From NCBI RefSeq assembly GCF_964204645.1, contig NC_134028.1:620001-684000 (forward strand): DNA of 64,000 nucleotides, in the 5' to 3' direction. The notes under the pieces are model-generated. The model was given only the letters and a program-made list of their open reading frames with translations. It made no database searches and was not told where the DNA came from. The DNA comes from Tubulanus polymorphus (taxonomy: Eukaryota > Animalia > Nemertea). The translations under genes and the position numbers were made by a program. Within the stretch, counting starts at the first letter, position 1, and each line of letters opens with the position of its first letter. Positions 18,701 to 30,786 of the stretch are shown piece after piece.

Positions 18701-21700
18701 GGACGACCTCCCTTCAACTCAAACAGAACGACCTCCCTCCAACTCAAACAGAACGACCTCCCTCCAACTCAAACAGGACAACCTCCCTCCAACTCACAAA
18801 AAGGACGACCTCCAACTCACAAACAGGACGACCTCCCTCCAACTCACAAACAGGACGACCTCCAACTCACAAACAGGACGACCTCCCTTCAACTCAAACA
18901 GAACGACCTCCCTCCAACTCAAACAGGACAACCTCCCTCCAACTCACAAAAAGGACGACCTCCAACTCACAAACAGGACGACCTCCCTCCAACTCACAAA
19001 CAGGACGACCTCCAACTCACAAACAGGACGACCTCCCTCCAACTCAAACAGGACAACCTCCCTCCAACTCACAAAAAGGACGACCTCCAACTCACAAACA
19101 GGACGACCTCCCTCCAACTCACAAACAGGACGACCTCCAACTCACAAACAGGACGACCTCCCTTCAACTCAAACAGAACGACCTCCCTCCAACTCAAACA
19201 GGACAACCTCCCTCCAACTCAAACAGGACAACCTCCCTCCTACTCAAACAGGACGACCTCCAACCACTGGCCACCTCTCTCCTCCATAACAGATTAATCA
19301 ACCTCAGTAATATAATAGTTCATCAGATTTTGATATTTGAGCAGTTTTTAATTTCCTCTCAGATATTTAATGTTTGATTGTTATCAATATTTACTGACTG
19401 TCACTTAGTGTTTGTGTTTTTTGATCTATAAGAGACAGACAGACCGACACAGACAGATGGATGGATATTTCAGTAATTGCCTCAAGCAGATTTTTTAAAA
19501 TGTGCAGACGAGTTTAATTTGATGACGACAAAATTCTGTAAATCATAAACTTCAAAGTGTTAATATTCTGTGTATAGAGTCTCGTGAGTTCAACTAAATG
19601 TAAATAATTCTACACGTTCAGGGAATTCTATTAGTTTTAGAACAGGAAATTTAGGATAACTGTTTAATTTCAAAGTCACCAGTTTTTGTGATTCATTCAT
19701 TTATTTATACATTTTTCCTTTCATTAATTTTCTAAAATTCATCAGTTGAAAATGTTTGGATATAGAATCAGTAATGACGTGTTGTATAGGCCGTTCTGTC
19801 CGGTGACAGCTGATGATGTTTAATATTTATTCAGACTTCATTGATTCATCATAAAATATTAATTCTATTATCTATTTATATGAGATATGACTAGTTATAG
19901 TTAAACAGTTGTGTATTGAGGTTAAATCCATATTTCATGTTCATCGGAATTATTTACCGGTTAATGAAGAAATTAAATCGAGTTTTTGTGAAATTGGCCA
20001 TGATGCCATTTCATAAAAAACCCGCTTTGTAGTTGCCATTTGTGGCTCAAATAGACAAAGAATATTCACCTTGTCACTTTATCTTCTAGAGTTTACAACA
20101 TGTTTTTATTATGTTGACATTTCTATAAATCTTAACCGAGAGATGATACTAAGATATCAGTTAGTACCGGGATCAGTGAGGCACCATTTATAGCTATTTA
20201 AAAGCTTCTATCGACCCACGCATATAACATGTATGAATACCGCTAATAGAACATCGAGAGACGACTGAGAGCTGTGCGAATATTCGAAACTTTTTTCTTT
20301 GATCCTGTTTTATCCCCACATAAAGACATCTGCTGCAGCTGTGATTATCACGACATTAGCAATGTTTTTATTCCGTTATATTTCATAAAATATTCATAAG
20401 AACAAATTATCATCACATGAAATAGATATAAACAGCCCCCGGTGATGGAGGGGGTATTAATATCCCCCCTCCTCCGCCCGAGTGCTGGGAATTTGTTAAT
20501 ACCCTCATAAACGGATTATAACCACGATGTATTTATGTGCAGGTGAATAAATCACATCTTATCGCGCTGCCCTCTATTGTTTATTAGTCTCATTACTGGT
20601 TTTGAATCTAATGTTGTTGTTGTTGTTGTTTTGTAGACATTTAGCTTTAGCTTACGCTGTTCCTCACAAAGTAATGGGAAAGAAAGATAAAGCTTGTGGA
20701 GAGGATTCATTTAAATATGGTATCACTAACGGAGCTAAATGGTATTCATTGGCTGGAGGTTAGTATCCTCCCCATTACACCCCTCCCTTTCCCTCTCCTC
20801 CCCCTCTGAGCTGCTGTACCCTCTCCCCCCCTCTGAGTTGTTGCACCTCTCCCTCCCCCTCTGAGCTGCTGCACCCTCTCCCTCCCCCTCTGAGCTGCTG
20901 CACCCTCTCCCTCCCCCTCTGAGCTGCTGCACCCTCTCCCTCCCCCTCTGAGCTGCTGCATCTCTGACGGCTTCACGTCATGTAGGAATTCGCTAGTTAT
21001 CTCACACTGCAGTCTGCAGCAGATGAACTATTGATCAGAAGTTTAATTTTGTCTCTGTCTGTTAAAAGCATCTCTCAAATTCCATAATTGTGAATTCATT
21101 TCTGAAGATCTTGACGCTGAAAGCATTCACTGATTACGTTTTGAATTTTATCAAATTCTTTGAATTTCTTTAAGTTAATGAATTATTGAAATTACTTTTA
21201 ACATTTTTAGCAGTTTACTTTAAACTGATTAAAACTTTGTTTCTACTCTACAGTCATTGTGTTCACTCATCACTTGAACTATAAATACTTCACATTTCTG
21301 AAATACACTTGAAGTTATCTATTTGTTGACATCATGAACTAACGTTTGTTCATTAATCTTCAAATTGAGTTGAGATGTTATTATTTTAAGCGATAACTTT
21401 TCAAATGAGAAAATTGTGTTCGAGCAAACGTGATTTATTTATTAATTAATTGTATCGTTTTAAAGGTATGCAGGATTTCAACTATCTCACCACAAATTGT
21501 TTCGAGTTGACGATCGAATTGAGTTGCATCAAGTTTCCGAATGCTACAACTTTACCGAAATATTGGAATGATAATAAAGCTTCATTGATCAATTATATGT
21601 GGCAGGTTAGTGATTTACTACATCGTTAATTAATGTTCTTATAATTTCAATATAGCGTGACAGAAATAGCAGAAATATCTATCAAATATATTTCCACTGC

Positions 21701-22798
21701 GTGATTCTGGATCCAGTTACTCATGAAGAGAGAGTTTACTCTATCGACTAAAAACATTGAAAATGAATTTTTTGTCTCACAGTTAAACCGACTAGACAAC
21801 TGTCGACCTACAGTTCTGTATTTTTATACCGTTAGGGTTTTTAAAAAGGCAGACAGATGCTATAGCAGATGCGCTATCACTCATCAGCTACCGATGTAGC
21901 TGTCAGCTTGTGGTAATATTTTTAAATGTATTTGTTTTTCAGGCCCACATGGGATTGAAAGGTTTTGTGTATGACAGAGAAAGTGAGAAACCGATTGAAG
22001 GAGCTTCGATTTCAGTAAATGATGATAAAACAGGCAAAACTATTAAACATGATGTGAAATCAGGTAATTACTGTCAGTTTAATATACTGATCACATTTCA
22101 GACACCAACACTGAGAACTTATCATATAGATGACTGAACATGAGTTTCACTGTAACTCTATTCTAATCTATTTGTTGACTGAACATGAGTTTCACTGTAA
22201 CTCTATTCTAATCTATTTGTTTACTGAACATGAGTTTCACTATAACTCTATTCTAATCTATTTGTTTACTGAAATGAGTTTCACTGTAACTCTATTCTAA
22301 TCTATTTGTTTACTGAAATGAGTTTCACTGTAACTCTATTCTAATCTATTCGTTTACTGAAATGAGTTTCACTGTAACTCTATTCTAATCTATTTGTTTA
22401 CTGAAATGAGTTTCACTGTAACTCTATTCTAATCTATTTGTTTACTGAAATGAGTTTCACTGTAACTCTATTCTAATCTATTTGTTTACTGAAATGAGTT
22501 TCACTGTAACTCTATTCTAATCTATTTGTTGACTGAAATGAGTTTCACTGTAACTCTATTCTAATCTATTTGTTTTATGTGTATTTCAGCTGAAGCCGGT
22601 GATTATTGGAGATTATTGACCGATGGTCAGTACACGCTGACCGCTACAATGCCCGGATATCGACCAGTGAAGATCATGTGCATCAACGTAATGAATGAAG
22701 CGCATAAATTCCTATCAGCTAAAGTAGTGAACATCCCACTTGAACCGACTATCGATGATATCGATACTATAGACATCGATAGCAGTCGATGTCATTAA
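12731..22798 (+). CDS. CPE: Carboxypeptidase E-like M14B (N/E subfamily) metallocarboxypeptidase
   Basis: Exons 12731-12995, 14682-14878, 15455-15640, 15727-15893, 20637-20758, 21466-21605, 21943-22063, 22590-22798. Signal peptide, [44 protein letters not shown], catalytic Glu in TIELSC, transthyretin-like C-domain (GDYWRLL). CPE versus CPN/CPM assignment is by resemblance. Confidence 0.9.
13490..14243. repeat. 23-bp intronic minisatellite (CTCTAAAACTGAATGGAAAATAT)n
   Basis: About 32 copies in CPE intron 1. Confidence 0.96.
14970..15290 (-). mobile_element. tRNA-derived SINE-like element followed by TTAGGG-like repeats
   Basis: On - strand: A box TGGTCTAGTGG, B box GGTTCAAATCC, then TTAGGG-rich tract; related copy at ~58015-58250. 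Confidence 0.6.
15916..16355. mobile_element. GATYCAGTTCCACAGTT TIR element with right end expanded into a 20-bp tandem array
   Basis: GATTCAGTTCCACAGTTCTC at ~15916 is inverted relative to ~17x AACTGTGGAACTGGATCCTG. Confidence 0.75.
16475..17040. repeat. 28/36-bp intronic minisatellite (CCATTCTCCCCTCACGCGATGGTATGAT)n
   Basis: About 19 copies with two unit lengths. Confidence 0.94.
18350..19263. repeat. 23-27-bp intronic minisatellite (CAACTCACAAACAGGACGACCTC)n with higher-order variants
   Basis: About 37 copies. Confidence 0.95.
20795..20960. repeat. 29-bp C-rich intronic minisatellite
   Basis: About 5-6 copies of CCCTCTCCCTCCCCCTCTGAGCTGCTGCA just after the donor at 20759. Confidence 0.9.
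22130..22575. repeat. ~44-bp intronic minisatellite ending at the 3' splice site
   Basis: About 10 copies of ACTGAAATGAGTTTCACTGTAACTCTATTCTAATCTATTTGTTT. Confidence 0.95.
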
Positions 22799-23240
22799 AA
22801 ATACATCATTTCAAACATCTGACCTGAATATTCGTTTAAAACATCCTGATTGTTTTATTGAATTGTAAACCCGATGTCATCATGAGCCAATCAGCATTCA
22901 GCTCATTATATATTCATAAATAATTGGAAAAATGATGTCAGGTCATATTTAGGGAGATGTGTAGAGTTTGTTCGTAAAATGTTTGTGATGTGTGAAATTA
23001 ACCCACCAGTAAAAATACCCAACTGACGGAAATAAAGTGCTCGAAAGTTAACAAATCTGTGTATAAAAACTTGTACAGAATCATTGTTTGATATTATTTT
23101 GAGGTGTAAATATAAGAAATAACTCAGTGAAAATAGAACAAAACAATGAATTACAGAAGAGAGTGTAATCAATGATTGAATCTCAACACAGTGCATTTAA
23201 TAGTAGAGTTGTGAGATCATAGTCAATCAGGGAGGAGAGT

Positions 23241-23380
23241 ACCTCCTGCTCCGCAGTGAGGGGGAACTCCTGCTCCGCGGTGAGGGGGAACTCCTGCTCC
23301 GCGGTGAGGGGGAACTCCTGATCCCAGTGAGGGGATCTCAGTGAACTCCTGTTCCGCGGTGAGGGGGAACTCCTGTTCCA
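23241..23380. repeat. 24-bp repeat (CTCCTGCTCCGCGGTGAGGGGGAA) downstream of the CPE stop
   Basis: About 5 copies, partly diverged. Confidence 0.85.
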
Positions 23381-24908
23381 TTCCATACAGCCTTCCATAC
23401 ATAAAAAACCCATTCACTTCTATCCTCAGAGCACAACATCACACTACTACCCGGGTCACTTACTCTGAAAAAGGGTCAAACTATTCTCAGTGATGTTGGA
23501 AGTGCAGCGACTGCAGTGGCAAAAAGCAACGGCAATAATTTACTGAATGACATTATTTTTCTTTCATGTGTTTTGACTAAATTTAATTAAATTTGCTGTT
23601 CTAAAATTGCTTCCAATGCGCTTGATTTTTAGAGGCTAAACTAAAATTTCTTCACGTACTCGATAAACTTGGATTTAATCACTGCGAACCTTGATCTTAC
23701 ATTACTTACATTAACATCAATCTTTCAAACCTCACTTTTAAAACAATATTCTAACATTGTTGTCATTAAGTGTTAAATAATATCATGTATTTACATTGTT
23801 TTATTGTTTATTGTTATATATGCATGTATTATATAAAAGGATTAACGCTGGTGATTGAGATGAGATTGGAATTTTTTCTTCTGAAAATTGGGTTGTTTTT
23901 CGCTACATTTTGTGTCAAAATAAAAATCTCTCATGGGCAAAATGGAATCTGCAAATTCATTCAATCAAGGACAAATTATAAAGTAGCTTAATCTGATAAC
24001 AATTGGAAAATCAAAAAAAGTTTTAGAATCATAAAGATGAATATTGACTGTGATATACGGTATTATTTGGGGCTGTTGACTGCCAGTTGGCAAATGGTTT
24101 GTTGCTGGAAATTATTTTCTTTCTGTTTTCCTTGCTGTGTGTAACACTATTGTAATAATCAATGTATCACTAAATTCTATGAATCTGAATCAGGCATGAA
24201 ATCAAAGAGGAAAAAACAAGAAAAATTTCAACTTGGACCAAGATTCTAACCAAGAGTCCCCGGATTCTCTTTTGGAAACCACTTTATTTTGTGCATATAA
24301 TAGTGTACAATAAAATTAAATATTTGTGGGTAAATGTGTCTTATTTTGATTTCTTTATTCTCTGGCAGTGATGAGACTATAAACACTAAGGGGTTGTCAT
24401 GATTTTGCCATGGTGTATGTTGCTGTGGAACGAAGTTGAATTGATTCAAAGTATTAACGAGTCAAATCTGACATTTTTTACTCTCAACAGTTGCTATGGA
24501 TACGGTGACCTAGATTTGATGCGGTTTTATGCTTACAGCGGCAATCGAGGAATTCCACTTGTGGCAAGCGAGAAATTCAATTCAATAATATTTTATTATT
24601 CATTTTGTTTGGGTAAACAAAATGCCAAATAACTTCAGTGGGTATTATAATCGATGGCAAACTTCTTTAAGCAATAAAGATAATTTGATGATGCTTCTAT
24701 GGCAGTCCAGGATTTCCACTTGTGGCAAGCGAGTAAATTCAGTCCATAATTTATATAGAAACCAATTCAATCATTGTGCAATTTTTTAATTGCATTTCAT
24801 AAGAATCTAAAATGTTCCGTGACATTTATATTTAGACCTCGTCGCTTTATACGCGTTTCAACCAATTTATCTTCAATAATCTTATATTGAATTGTTTTGG
24901 AAGTCAAG

Positions 24909-27087
24909 ATGGCCGCCGCTGAAAAAAGTTCGAGTTTATTCGTGAAACAAAAACATTTAGTATTAAATTCCGTTGATTTAAGTCGTAAAGGATCAATAGA
25001 TGAACCGATAATAGAATTGATTAAACTCATTAACTGTAATGACAGTTATTTTAGTTTGAGTTCCTGTTCAGGGAGATTGTTATGTGTGGATAATCAGGTA
25101 AAATCGATAGTCTGTGTAAGAGTTGTTCGGTGTAAACTCGCTCCGTCTAGTAGAAATGAATTATTTATTTATAGATCGCAGGTGCTGTGCAGAAAAAAGG
25201 CTGTAATTGGCTGATGGTATCACATGATAAAATACAAGTTGAGGATTTGGTGAGGAAGTAACAAGGTTTTTAGTCCAGGGAGGGGAGCATCCATCATGAG
25301 CCTGGAGGAGGGAGGAAGAGGGAGGAGGGGCATGTCTATCACACCACACTGTCACTGTTTACAGCAAAGATAACCTCAACAGACATGAGACCCCAGACCC
25401 AGCAGCCCAGGCCCCAGTAGCCCAGACCCAGCAGCCCAAGCCCCAGTAGCCCAGCAGCCCAAGCCCCAGTAGCCCAGTCCCAGCAGCCCAAGCCCCAGTA
25501 GCCAAGACCCAGCAGCCCAAGCCCCAGTAGCCCAGACCCAGCAGCCCAGACCCAGTAGCCCAGACCCAGTAGCCCTAGCACTGGTTGTAGGCTTTAGTTG
25601 TAAAATGTTTTTCTCTGAATTTGTAGATAAAACACAGTGAATTATTAGAAGGAAATGCAGTGTTTAAATTTGAACCATTTGTTCTTCATGTTCAATGTAA
25701 AACATTAAAACATGCACAAAATCTGGTAAGTGGAGCCACCTATTGTCTACTGTCTCACCGTCAGACTCAGTTGAAATGATGATATATTTGTAGCATGCTG
25801 TAGCAGTTGAAAGTGGATTCAGAAACTCAGGAATTACTGTCAGTAATAAAGGTAAAATTGTTGCTGTAAGTATCAGGATTTATCACCTACCCTTCAGGAC
25901 TCCCTCCCCTCTCCTGGGGCTCCTGGTCCCTCCTCTCTCTCCTTGGACTCCTGTCCCTCCTCTCTCTTCTGGGGCTCCTATCCCTCCTCTCTCTCCATGG
26001 ACTCCTGTCCTTCCTCTCTCTCCTTGGACTCCCTCCTCTCTCCTGGGGCTACTGTCCCTCCTCTCTCCTGGGGCTCCTATCCCTTCCCTCTCTCCTTGGA
26101 CTCCTGTTCCTCCTCTCTCTCCTTGGACTCCCTCCTCTCTCCTGGGGCTCCTGTCCCTCCTCTCTCCTGGGGCTCCTATCCCTTCCCTCTCTCTTTGGAC
26201 TCCTGTTCCTCCCTAGTTTCACCCTCTGTCACTGATTCATCTATTATCTGTATGTGTTTATGTTGATAGGCTGTGAGAAGCACGCACTCAATGGAGGTTC
26301 CTTTATCTAAACATGGGCGACTTTTAGTCTCAACAGAGGTGCGTGTGTCTGTCAATCACTGTCTGTAACTCCGCCTCCTGTTTACAATTAAATCTAATCA
26401 TTGTTGATTGTATTTTTCAGTATTTGGAGTTTATAGCTGAAATAGCGAACAGTAAAATGGATGAAAACTTAGTTCGTATTGAAAGGTTAGTTGAAGTCCC
26501 CTAACCTCCCTTCATCCTCCCCTCATCCCTCCCTTCATCCTCCCATCAGCCCTCCCTTCATCCTCCCCTCATCCCTCCCTTCATCCTCCCATCAGCCCTC
26601 CTTTCATCCTCCCCTCATCCCTCCCTTCATCCTCCCTTCATCCCTCCCTTCACCCTCCCCTCAGCCCTCCCTTCACCCTCCCATCAGCCCTCCCTTCATC
26701 CTCCCCTCATCCCTCCCTTCACCCTCCCCTCAGCCCTCCCTTCATCCTCCCATCAGCCCTCCCTTCACCCTCCCCTCAGCCCTCCCTTCACCCTCCCATC
26801 AGCCCTCCCTTCATCCTCCCCTCAGCCCTCCCTTCATCCTCCCTCGTATTGTATTTCACACTGATGATAATGCTGTTGTTGATGTTTTTAGGTTTTATGA
26901 GAATTTCAAGGCGATGTTGAATAGATCAGAAACTGCATCTGAGAATAAACATTCTCTACGTGATGAAAGGAAAACCTGTAAAAACAAGAGACAATTGCGC
27001 GAAAAATCACCTGGTAAAGAATGTATTCAAGATATTGAAACTGGAATCGAAAATTTATTTGAAAACGATAGTAAAAATTTTACGTGA
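24909..27087 (+). CDS. TYW3: tRNA wybutosine-synthesizing protein 3 (yW-86 methyltransferase)
   Basis: Exons 24909-25097, 25175-25249, 25627-25725, 25794-25865, 26270-26338, 26421-26485, 26892-27087. Motifs DLSRKGSIDEPI, SSCSGR, FKFEPFVLHVQC, SGFRNSG, AVRSTHSMEVPL, IANSKMDEN; AATAAA follows the stop. Confidence 0.95.
25390..25580. repeat. C-rich minisatellite (CCCAGTAG/CCCAGAC/CCAGCAG units) in TYW3 intron 2
   Basis: Tandem degenerate units. Confidence 0.9.
25895..26210. repeat. C/T-rich minisatellite in TYW3 intron 4
   Basis: Tandem CTCCTGGGGCTCCTGTCCCTCCTCTCT-like units. Confidence 0.88.
26500..26845. repeat. C/T-rich minisatellite in TYW3 intron 6
   Basis: Tandem CCCTCCCTTCATCCTCCCCTCA(G/T) units; explains the Pro/Ser-rich part of ORF 26491..27087. 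Confidence 0.9.
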
Positions 27088-27279
27088 ATTTGAATAAACA
27101 TCAATTGAATCAGTTATTTATTTGTTTGATTTTATTTGTTTTTGGTTCTTCTATAACATTTTCCTGCAGCATTTCAACATAGTGACCCCTGATTGATCCC
27201 TGGATCGAACCCAGTAATTACTGACACTGAATTACTGAGTGGTCCTGATGCTGAATAAAGGATGTACAGGGGTTTCCCG

Positions 27280-27457
27280 ACCGTACAGTGCTGCCGCTAT
27301 GCTCATCGTTAGCGGGATTTTCACACACTAACTAAAGTCAACTCTGGCAATCGATGTGCTGTCCAGTTATACTCCTTAACCCTAGCTTGCCAGAGTTGAC
27401 TAATGTTAGTGTATAAAAATCCCGCTAACGATGAGCATAGAGGCAGCACCGTACGGT
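27280..27457. mobile_element. Foldback element A (~70-bp inverted arms)
   Basis: ACCGTACAGTGCTGCCGCTATGCTCATCGTTAGCGGGATTTT...GTCAACTCTGGCAA / TTGCCAGAGTTGAC...AAAATCCCGCTAACGATGAGCATAGAGGCAGCACCGTACGGT. Confidence 0.85.
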
Positions 27458-27948
27458 AAAATGTTGATATCTTAACAAAAATAATTACTGATAACTGATT
27501 CAGAGTGGTACTGATGCTGAAAAGAGGATGTACTGGGGTGTCCCGGGTTCAAACCCAGTAATTACTGACGCTGAATTACTGAGTGATACTGATGCTGAAT
27601 AGAGGATGTACAGGGTTGTCCCGGGTTCAGTAATTACTGATACTGATTCAGAGCGGTACTGATGCTGAATAGAGGATGCACGGGGGTGTCCCGGGTTCAA
27701 ACCCAGTAATTAATGATACTGATTCAGAGTGGTCCTGATGCTGAATAGAGGATGTACAGGGTTGTCCCGGGTTCGAACCCAGTAATTACTGATACTGATT
27801 CAGAGTGGTCCTGATACTGAATAGAGGATGTACAGGGGTGCCCCGGGTTCGAACCCAGTAACAATTGATACTAATTCAGAGTGGTCCTGATGCGGAATAG
27901 AGGATGTACGGATGCCCGACATGGAGAGGATATCAAGATTTTTTAACG

Positions 27949-28185
27949 TGATCGCCATCTATTGGAATTTGGCTGAACTGACTAGATAGCTCTTACTTGT
28001 CTTACTGACTCTTCTTTAATGCGTTGAAATCAAACTCGCCAACTGGTGGATATAACCATCATTAGTCTGTAGTGGCATAGAAATCCACCAGTTGGCGAGT
28101 GTGATTTCAACGCATTAAAGAAGAGTCAGTGAGACAAATAAGAGCTATCTAGTCGGTTCTGCCAAAATCCAATAGATGGCGATCA
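27949..28185. mobile_element. Foldback element B (~100-bp inverted arms, ~30-nt loop)
   Basis: TGATCGCCATCTATTGG...CTCGCCAACTGGTGGAT / ATCCACCAGTTGGCGAG...CCAATAGATGGCGATCA. Confidence 0.85.
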
Positions 28186-28827
28186 TAGCATCATTAAACT
28201 GAAGCGGATGTCCCGGGTTCGAACCCAGTAATTACTGCTGCTGCGGAGATCAGAGTGGTCCTGATGCTGAATTAGAGGATAGGTGTGTCCCGAACTATAG
28301 AAGTTCGATCAATACTTATAACTTATAGCTGCGAGTTTTAAACTAGAAAAACAGGTTTTCAGAGAAAATTAGGACACAAATAGTCAGCATTAGAATTTCA
28401 GTAGAGGGCGGGTCTACGGTCATATAACAGCCGCCTCAATAACAATAAGACATTAAAAACAACTTGAGTGATTTATTGATCTTCCACGAAATAACAGAAA
28501 TCTAAAGAATATGAAAGTATTTATGTACATATAATTTTCGGCGAATGAATTCACAGAATGATATAGAAAAACAGTTTGAAAGGGATTTATCTATTAAAGG
28601 ATTGTTCCGAAATCAATCGTTTATTGGATAAAACCAACACATGAAGGTAAGACTAAATGAGTAAAGGATAGTGTGATCGAGGTTGAGGACAGTACAGTGT
28701 GATCGAGGTGTTTATGAGGACAGTGTGATCGATGAGGATAGTGTGATCGATGAGGATAGTGTGATCGAGGTGTAAAGTGTGATCTCGAGGTTTTCACTGC
28801 GTATAATTTGTTGTTTTAGATCACATA

Positions 28828-30786
28828 ATGGTTGTTATAAACGGAAGTATTCTATTAGGAATCGCGATTCCTGCTGCTTTTTTACTTGGTTTACTGATTA
28901 TTGTTCTCATTCTCTGGTGTAGAAGGTACGTTTTTCATCTTAATTAGGACTTTCACTTATAGGTTGGGAGGGAAGCGAGGTTAGGGTACACTAGTTTAAC
29001 AGGTTGGGAGGGAAGCGAGGTTAAGGTACACTAGTTTAACAGGACAGGGCCACTGAGAGTCAATAACATTATAGACTAATTGCTTTTTTTCATAAGGAAA
29101 AGATTGCGAGAAAAGAAATTACGAAAACTCGAAGATAAGAAAGCGTTAGCAGCTTTACAGGGTAAAATAGTGGCACATCAGCTACAGCAGCAGCAGCAGC
29201 AGCAGCAGCAGCAAGTTGAGAAAACATCGCCACAAAGATTCTTATACCCGGATAATATAAATCCTGTATTTCCGGGTGTTAATCCTGAAAGACTACGGAC
29301 ACTTTCAGCAGGAACTTTACCACTTCCAAACCGTCCTCAATCAACTTTAAATAATCCAACAGCTCATTGGCATTGGAAACCTACAAACCATCAATGGAAG
29401 TCATTACCGAGACCGGCAGCAGCAGCAGCAGCAGCAGTAGGCAGGCAAAGGTAAGACAGAAATCATTCGACGATTCCCAGATTTATTAACGTGTGATAAT
29501 GAACCCACTTAAAATGACTTGTTGTTTTGTTTTATTTCAGAGACGAGTCAGAATTTGAGACGAAGGCAAGTATTAAGATAAAATGGATCGAGTGCTAGAT
29601 ATTCCGTGAATCATGGTTGGAATTCTGTCTATTTTAATAGGAAGGTAATATTCAACTTGAAAATGAAATGGAAGGAAGTCCAGAAGCCAGGGTAACTGTG
29701 ACAAGTAAGGTTAAATTAAGGAATCCAAATATAAATATAAAAAAGTTTATTTCCATTTCAAAAAAGATTGCAGTGTTTTGCAAATGCAAATTCGACCACA
29801 GCAACAAAACTGTTTATATTTCGCAAATTTATTAAACTTCAGATGAATATCTGTTTGAAGATGATGAAACCGGAAGTGCATTGAATCGCTATGAGACGGA
29901 CTATGCAGGCGACTCGACAGCGGCTACTGGTATCAATGATACAATGGCGTTTCTAGATGAACAGATTGAATTCGATGAACCAGTTAATAATGATAATTTC
30001 CCTTCTATCGCGTCAGCTGTAGATTCCCTAAAAGCTAAAGGACAATATCGTAAAGCGAGTGCGAACTGGAGCACAGCAGCAGCGGCGTCTGAAGGGGATT
30101 CATCATTGAGTATTACTGATTATAGTATATTCGATCGTGGCTTCAATATCGTAGAAATAGATGACCCACCGGACCGACCGGCGGCTCCTACATCTTTGGA
30201 TCAATTATTCAAGGGCAAACGGGAAGGTCCAACCGCAGGAGCCACAGGAGCCATGGAAACTCCTGCTGCCCCAGGAACAACAGCAATCGAGGGAACATCA
30301 AAAACACCAGGAGGAGTTTCACCTTCTTTCAAACAGCAACGAGATCTAATTTCTGCATTCCTTGAAAGACAAATGGGGTCTTCAGAGAAAACACCAGGTC
30401 ACGTGACGCAGATTACTCCTGCAGGTCCATCAGCTTCCGGTAGCGATACTGATTCTAAACTTCCCAGAATTCAGGTCACAGCAGACGACGAGCGAGGGTC
30501 ACGTGAGCCAAGTGAGGAGAATTCTGAAACCGGTCAGCAGTTAGAGCCAGTAAAACTCAGGCGACGGGATACTGGATCCAGCGGTCTGCAACCCCCTGCC
30601 GCTGATGAGGAGGATGATGCGGAGAGCGCGACCAGCGATGTTGAACTGGATTACGAGAGAAATTGGTATCGATTAACCAGTGCGCATGAGCCGCAACCTG
30701 ATTATAAACAGGATAAAAAACATCATCACCGGTCTAATTCACATCATAGAATGAGACAATCTGATCTCTTAAAAACCCATCTTTAA
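28828..30786 (+). CDS. Uncharacterised single-pass membrane protein with a long disordered tail and C-terminal T-H-L motif
   Basis: Phase-consistent exons 28828-28925, 29097-29450, 29541-29565 (GC donor), 29641-29704, 29843-30786; N-terminal hydrophobic span ILLGIAIPAAFLLGLLIIVLILW then C-RRKRLREKK; AATAAA near 30973. Confidence 0.8.

Larger units (their letters stand above)
27200..28292 (+). repeat. 76-bp tRNA-like satellite (A/B-box-like motifs), interrupted by two foldback elements
   Basis: Unit GGGGTGTCCCGGGTTCRAACCCAGTAATTACTGATACTGATTCAGAGTGGTMCTGATGCTGAATAGAGGATGTAC; contains B box GGTTCGAACCC; second array at 49347-50243. Confidence 0.85.

Noticed and set aside
27200-28292. CRISPR-like array or functional tRNA gene cluster
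   Set aside because: No unique spacers, no cas genes, eukaryotic context; I could not fold units into a full cloverleaf
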